From Octopus vulgaris (Eukaryota): DNA of 64,000 bases. The stretch is from NCBI GenBank assembly GCA_951406725.2, contig OX597836.1:33914001-33978000 (forward strand), given 5' to 3'. Position 1 is the first letter of the stretch; each line of letters opens with the position of its first letter. The notes below the pieces were generated by a model, which was not told where the DNA came from, did no database searches, and saw only the letters and a program-made list of their open reading frames with translations. Positions 56,813 through 64,000 of this stretch are shown here, one piece after another. The position numbers and the translations under genes are program-made.

Positions 56813-56998
56813 AAAAGAAAAAGAAAAATGTATATAAGCCATCAGATAAATCTACAAAACATTGTAACATGAGAATTTGAAGAATTCCGTTTTAAAGACT
56901 TCAAACCGAATAACAAGGCTTAAAGGATTATTTATTTATTTGTGTATTTATTTATATATTTATTGAACAGTAATAATGATGATGGTGATGATGACGAT

Positions 56999-57094
<96 letters not shown>

Positions 57095-57119
57095 AACAAC
57101 AATAATAATAATAATAATG

Positions 57120-57336
57120 GTTTCAAATTTTTTGCCACAAAGGCAGCAATTTTGGGGGAGGGGATGAGTCGATTACATTGACCCCCCAGTGTTTTACTGG
57201 TACTTATTTTATCGATCTCGAATGGACGGAAGGCAAAGTCGTCCTCGGCGAAATTTGAACTCAGAACGTAAAGTCGGACGAAATACCGCTAAGCATTCCA
57301 TCCGGTGCACTTAACGATTCTACCAGCTCGCCGCCT
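57120..57336 (-). mobile_element. SINE family C within (AAT)n arrays
   Basis: Reverse complement of the head and core. Confidence 0.8.
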
Positions 57337-57339
57337 TGT

Positions 57340-57404
<65 letters not shown>

Positions 57405-57414
57405 TATAACAATG

Positions 57415-57451
<37 letters not shown>

Positions 57452-57516
57452 TAATAATAATAATAATAAAAACAACAATAATAATAATAATAATGATAAT
57501 AATAGTAATAATAACG

Positions 57517-57575
<59 letters not shown>

Positions 57576-57786
57576 TATTATTATTATTATTACTTTGTTG
57601 TTGTTTAGCATACTTACTCACAGAATCAATATGGCGGAGTTTTTGTTTTTATTTTACGTAGCGAGCAAATCCTTTCGGTTGGTCAACTGGGAATACTCCT
57701 AGTTACTGACAATTACGCATAAACTAACACGCCCTTGCTGTAAAAAATGAATAAGATAAACATGAAAATACAAAATAATAATAATA

Positions 57787-57851
<65 letters not shown>

Positions 57852-57994
57852 AATTAAACAAATAAACAGCAACTAAGGATCAGTATCAAAGTGCTCCCGC
57901 ACACGTATATGTATATATATATATACGCACTCATCACAGCCCCTGAATGGGTAAAGCACAGAAACCTTCATGATGCGAACGGTTATATATGCTT

Positions 57995-58202
57995 ACTATT
58001 TTACTGGTTTCAGTCATTTGACTGCGGCCATGCTGGAGCACCGCCTTTAGTCGAGCAAAATCGACCTCAGGACTTATTCATTGTAAGCCTAGTACTTATT
58101 CGATCGGGCTCCTTTTACCGAACCGCTAAGTTACGGGGACGTAAACACATGAGCATCGGTTGTCAAGCGATGTTGGGGGGACAAATACAGAAACACAAAC
58201 AT

Positions 58203-58241
<39 letters not shown>

Positions 58242-58415
58242 CATATATGCGACGGGCTTCTTTCAGTTTCCATCTACCAAAACCACTCACAAGGCTTTGG
58301 TCGGCCCGAGGCTATAATAGAAGGCACTTGCCCAAGGTGCCACGCAGCGGGACTGAACCCGGAACCATGTAGGTCGAAGGCAAGCAACATACCACCCAGC
58401 CACTCCCACGCCTAC
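57995..58415 (-). mobile_element. Full-length SINE family A
   Basis: Reverse complement of 32280-32716. Confidence 0.9.
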
Positions 58416-58769
58416 TCGTTTAAAATTGATAAACGCTAATACATACATACATTCATACATACACACACACATACTTACATACGTACGTACATACATACAG
58501 ACAGACATACGTACGTACGTACATACATAAATATATACATGCATGAATACATGCGTGGCTGTGTGGTAAGAAGGTTAGTGCCTCATTTTTGTTATTGAAT
58601 TGTGAAAAATGGAAGAGGTTTCTTGCCTCGTGAATGAAATTATAAAAGAGCAATGTCCTCAGGTAAGCAGCAATCGGGTAAGCATTTGTCATTTCATATA
58701 ACATTATGTCTATGTCTAGCCCGTAGCTTTCCTTCTATGTAAGGCCTTTATGGCCAATATAATGAATAA

Positions 58770-58924
58770 AAGAAGCTTGCTTCCCAACCACATGGTCCTG
58801 GGTTCAGTCCCACTGCGTGACACCTTGGGCAAGTGTCTTCTACTATAGCTTCGGGCCGACCAAAGACTTGTGAGTGGTTTTGGCAGACAGAAACTGAAAG
58901 AAGCCCGTCGTACACACACACATG

Positions 58925-58977
<53 letters not shown>

Positions 58978-59420
58978 TATCATCATCATTGTTCGACCGT
59001 GGTCGAGACAATGGAATTTACTATGTTACGCCAGACTTCACGGTCCATCATACACACACACACACACATACACACACACATACACGCATATGTATGTATA
59101 TATGTATGTATGTACGTACGTACGTATGTATGTATGTGTATGTATGTATGTATGTATGTATGTATGTATGTATGTATGTATGTATGTATGTATGTATGTA
59201 TGTATGTAGTATTTGTGTTTATGTGTCTGTGTTTGTACACCCCCACCATCGGTTGACAGCCGATGCTGATGTGTTCAGGTCCCCGCAACTTAGAGGTTCC
59301 GCAAAAGAGACCGATAAAATAAGTACTAGGCTTACAAAAAGTAAGTCCTGGGGTCGATTTGTTCGACTAAACCCCTTCAAGGTGGTGCTCCAATATGGCT
59401 GTTGTCAGATCACTGAAACA
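58770..59420 (+). mobile_element. SINE family A with an RTE 3' stub in its internal microsatellite
   Basis: 5' module to 58911; 3' module from about 59215. Confidence 0.85.
58975..59051 (-). mobile_element. ~77-bp extreme 3' stub of the RTE LINE
   Basis: Reverse complement of about 7019-7094, including the TCGACC-AC-GGTCGA hairpin and (GAT)n tail. Confidence 0.9.
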
Positions 59421-61550
59421 TATGTATATAAACATATATATATATAAACATATATATATGTATATACACATATATACATCTATACACACACACATATATA
59501 TATAGATACATACACACACGCACACGCACATATATATGAATGTATGTGTGTGGGTGTACTTTAGAGTTTCCGTTTCTCCCCTACCACAGCTTGACAACCT
59601 ATATGCGTGTATTTACGTCTGCGGAACACTAGCAGTTCAGCAAAGTATATCGATAAAATAACAGTCTTAAGGCATGTATACTCGGGTGGACTTGTTTGAT
59701 TTAAACTCCTCAAAGCGGTGCCCCAGCATAGCCGCTGTCCAATGATCGAAACAAGTAAAAGATTAAAGATATACCACGACATTCTAGGAATAGAAGCTAT
59801 AACCTGGCCTGTCCTTATTGTTGTAACATAAAATAAAATAACTCTTGTTATTAGTTTATTGGCCCGGGTTTTGAAAAACACTATTGTAAAATCATATGTA
59901 AGTTTATATTTATATTTAAGAAAGAATATTTCGGTATTGTCATTATCAAATGCTCGGCCGTCTGTCTTGAATAGTTACGTAAACTTCGTTATGCTTCACA
60001 TAACTTTGTTTATGAACAATATGGCTGAAGGAAAATACCTCAGCGGAACGCTTTTTTTGTGCTTTGACGTGACTTAAACAATAAGGTATGAAAATAGATG
60101 GTGGGAAAGAGAGATCATGTCACCTCGAGCTCACTGAATGCTTTTAAAGTAGACAAAGACACAGTGTTTGTGTTACTCTGTAATTTATCATTATTCTTTT
60201 GTACGATTTTGTCCCCGCCCCTACAATCCTTCTGGCCACTGTAGCGTAAGGGATTACAAAGGAGGAAAAGATGGTTGGCGGGTACAAATTTTTTTAAATG
60301 TTGATTTATAGACCATAAGATAACAAGATGATGGTAATGAGTTCCCGAGAGCAGTAGTTTAAGGAAGGAAGCTTTTAGAATAAAAGGGATTATGACTAAC
60401 TGGACGCTTTGTAAGGAAACGAACATTTGGAAGGAGAAGCGGGTGACACGTTTAAAGGTTTTGGCACGGTATTATACCAGGCATTCATCAGAGCTATGAC
60501 CAGGGAAATACTTATAGAAAAGACAAAACGAGGATACATTTCAACGAAGAGCCAAAGATTGCAGGCTAGAAGGAAAACCTAATACGCAAATTAAGATACT
60601 CAGAGGAAGTACCAATCCTAATGTATCGGAAGACGTGTGAAGACTAAGAAAGCTTTTGGAAGGTTAAGAAACCCGATCTACAAAGTGGCAGGTTAACATC
60701 CAGCAACTCATAGTTTGGCTGTAAAACCTTATTTTCTCAGTTACACTTCAGGAACAGAGCATTAAAATCTGAAGATATACGCGGAGAAATGTGGTGTTCT
60801 CATTCTATAACAGGAATATCGTAACGAAACAGATGTAGAAATATTTCCATAAGAAAGGCTTTCTATATGACAAATATGAAGTGATCTTCTTATAACATGG
60901 TTTGGCTATGTAATAAACAAGCCACCAATTAACTTTGTCACTCTGGCGTTTAGCTATGTCTTTCAGAACACCACATTACATTGTAGAATACTTAAGTGAG
61001 CAAACCTCCTATATCAGTGAAGACGCGAGAAGAGGTTAATGCTTGCAAGAATGAAGGTCGAAAGATTCAACTGAAGTAGATGGCGGTAGACTAAATGATA
61101 AGAGAGTGCAAGATAATATAGTAAATTGATAAATATTTCATTTGTATAAGTGTACCAGACAGTAAAAAAAACAACAACAACAAAAAAAAACGAATTATTT
61201 AAGGAGTGTTATAGACAAAAAAAACCGTGACACAGTTGAGCTACTGGGATAAGCTACAGGGACTGAAGCTCTGCTCTCTTGAGAGAAAGCGCGAAAGATA
61301 TGCCGTGATACACATGGAAGATCCTAACTTTGATACATATGGATCATCCTAACTTTGAAATTGAAAGCTACACCAACAATCGTACTGCAGTGCAGTGCAT
61401 AATACCAAATATACTGTCATTTAATTTAGAAGACGTACCCAGCACTGTAACCTGTGACAGTTTGGGTTTCAAAGGGCCATAACTATTCAACATTCTGCTA
61501 AACAGCCTCAGAGATTTGTTCAGTGTAAATGTGGAGCTCTATAAAGACCA

Positions 61551-61668
61551 TTATTTACATTATTTACATTATTTACGTTTGACGGACATTTGTCCTCATC
61601 CTGTTTGTTGTTAACACAACGTTTCGGCTGATATACCCCAAGATTCCGAGTTCAATTCCAGGCAGTGA

Positions 61669-61746
<78 letters not shown>

Positions 61747-61820
61747 TAACAATAATAATAATAATAATAATGATGATGCTGCTGCTGCTGATGATGATGA
61801 TAATAATAATGATGATGATG

Positions 61821-61880
<60 letters not shown>

Positions 61881-61928
61881 GTGATGCTGCTGCTGATGAT
61901 GATGATGATAATAATAATGATGATGATG

Positions 61929-61995
<67 letters not shown>

Positions 61996-62210
61996 TAATA
62001 ATAACAATAACAATAACAATAACATCGAAAAATATCTTAGGAATGAGAACTCTGGTTCGAAATTTCCTGAAGAAACCTGATGAAGGCTGGAGGGTATATC
62101 AGCCGAAACGTTGTGTAAACAACAAACAAGATGAGGACAAATATCCGTCAAATGTAAATAATGTAAATAATGTAGATAATTCCTCATCTCTAAAATATAG
62201 AACTATATTA
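61551..62210 (+). mobile_element. Penelope-like non-autonomous element with inverted ~88-bp ends, internal (AAT)/(GAT) array and a hammerhead
   Basis: Arms at 61551-61638 and 62092-62179; 13-bp TSD TCTA(T/C)AAAGACCA at 61538-61550 and 62211-62223. Confidence 0.8.
62072..62117 (+). ncRNA. Minimal type I hammerhead ribozyme
   Basis: AAAC CTGATGA A GGCTG-GAGGGTATAT-CAGCC GAA ACGT T GTGT; 5-bp stem II, palindromic ACGT stem III, GUU site, stem I 3/4 paired. Confidence 0.75.
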
Positions 62211-62751
62211 TCTACAAAGACCACCTGGACAAATTTTTATCTGACATACTAGATTGAATCCAGATCGTGGCAAGAACAGCTCCAGCCAACTCGAAGCTTA
62301 ACCAGAAACAGTTCAGAAAAGAAACCCAGATACATTGAAAGATGGTTCTTCAGCAAGTAAAAGACAAATAAGTGAGACAACGCCAATGCACGCAACTTCT
62401 GTTTAATTTCAATTGATTTTTTTTATTAGAGTCGACGCGTATCGTCTGCTGTTCTCAGATTTTAAGCAACCCTTCTGAGGAATGCATTCGTTGCTTAATC
62501 TCATTTAATCGAAGTTGTATTTTTCGACTGCTAATATAAAATATGCACGGCCCGAACATAATTTCATTTCGCTTACAAAGGCTTGGAGTGATAAAGTGAG
62601 CGATGACAAATTACTGATGAGTCTTTAATAAAGGCCGAAACTAATCGGATCGATATTTACCTCAGGCTACTGTGGTTTCTGTAGCGAATTGTCTACAGGT
62701 TATATTTTCACTGACAGACTAAATAGATGTTTACCAAACATGTCGTATATG

Positions 62752-62849
62752 ACTTTCTTCTACACATTTACAGTATATTTATGTAGCTATATCACATATA
62801 TATTATTACTGCATATACGCTATATACATTATATTACTATCTAACTATA

Positions 62850-62938
<89 letters not shown>

Positions 62939-63046
62939 GTGTGTGTGTGTATAGTTAGATAGTAATATAATGTATATAGCGTATATGCAGTAATATATAT
63001 ATGTGATATAGCTACATAAATATACTGTAAATGTGTAGAAGAAAGT
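62752..63046. repeat. ~295-bp near-perfect palindrome
   Basis: ~98-bp arms (62752-62850 and 62949-63046) around a self-complementary (CA)n(TA)n(TG)n centre. Confidence 0.95.
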
Positions 63047-63104
63047 ATATATATATTTATATATATATATACGTACATACACTTATACATACGCTATTTC
63101 ACTT

Positions 63105-63156
<52 letters not shown>

Positions 63157-63209
63157 CACTTTCTATGTATATATATATATGATGTAGCATATAACAATAA
63201 CTATAGTTA

Positions 63210-63270
<61 letters not shown>

Positions 63271-63521
63271 ATGTATGTGTGTGTGTTTGTGTGTGTGTAT
63301 GTGTGTGTGTGTTATTGAGCTTTACAACTGTATAGACATCCATAAAACTTATGGAAAGTAATAAAGCAAAGCGAAGTAATAGATACCGAGTAATAAAAGT
63401 TAATAAAGCAGAAATATTATACGGAAGGAGAGAGGGGTAGAAAAAAATGAGAAAAAGTGGAAGGAGGAGGAAGAGAGAAGAAAGGTTTAGGCTGCGGTTT
63501 TGAAGTATTTGCACCTTTACT

Positions 63522-63556
<35 letters not shown>

Positions 63557-63563
63557 CATACAT

Positions 63564-63656
<93 letters not shown>

Positions 63657-63659
63657 TGT

Positions 63660-63933
63660 GTGGAGGAGCAATGGCACAGTGGTTAGGGTAGCGGACTCGC
63701 GGTCGGAGGATCGCTGTTTCGAAAACACCTAAAGCTCCACGAGGCTCCGGCAGGAGGGGGGATGTGGTGACCCCTGTTGTAATCTTTCGCCCCAACTTTC
63801 TCTCACACTCTCTCTTCCTGTTTCTTGAGTAACGCTGCGATGGACTGGCGTCCTGTCCAGCTGGGGGGAACACATATGCCACAGAAACCGGGAAACCGGG
63901 CCCGTGAGCCTGGCTAGGCTTGAAAAAGGCGCA
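63660..63933 (+). mobile_element. SINE family B with tail type 2 and a small deletion after the B box
   Basis: Head TGGCACAGTGG; tail GCGATGGACTGGCGTCCTGTCCAG..GAAACCGGGAAACCGGG. Confidence 0.9.
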
Positions 63934-64000
63934 TAAATAAATAAATAAATAATATATATATATACATATATATATATATATTTATATATATGCACACTTG

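Larger units (their letters stand above)
61230..62300 (+). pseudogene. Old CR1-group LINE ORF2 3' remnant split by an insertion
   Basis: SYWDKLQGLKLCSLERKRERYAVI and CDSLGFKGP*LFNILLNSLRDL..YKDH, resuming as LDKFLSDILD after 62223. The upstream limit is uncertain. Confidence 0.7.

Noticed and set aside
62430-62500. GACGCGTATCG...CTCAG hammerhead-like relic and a short inverted repeat
   Set aside because: The core is broken and stem II unpaired; the 11-bp inverted repeat is not significant.

Overview
AT-rich eukaryotic DNA, almost entirely repetitive and apparently intronic or intergenic. I can identify no intact protein-coding gene or true tRNA/rRNA gene; nearly all listed ORFs are microsatellite translations. 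The repeat content resembles octopus (coleoid cephalopod) DNA, but that is an inference from recall, not a search result. Contents: very dense simple repeats; dozens of copies of about four tRNA-headed SINE families with interchangeable tails; 5'-truncated or decayed LINE pieces (CR1-group, RTE, R4/Dong-like); several dead mariner derivatives; pogo/Tigger-like, hAT-like and unclassified MITEs. The most notable hidden signal is about a dozen minimal type I hammerhead ribozyme motifs (CUGANGA core, stem II, GAAA, palindromic stem III, NUH). They lie in several unrelated short non-coding cassettes inserted mainly into (TA)n tracts, two of them with inverted partial copies. This fits non-autonomous Penelope-like or retrozyme-like elements, and one family has a non-canonical CUGUAGA core. 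Also present: a SINE/LINE pair sharing a covarying 3' hairpin, long perfect palindromes, and locally templated inverted or direct insertions. All alignments and folds were done by eye, so ends are approximate.
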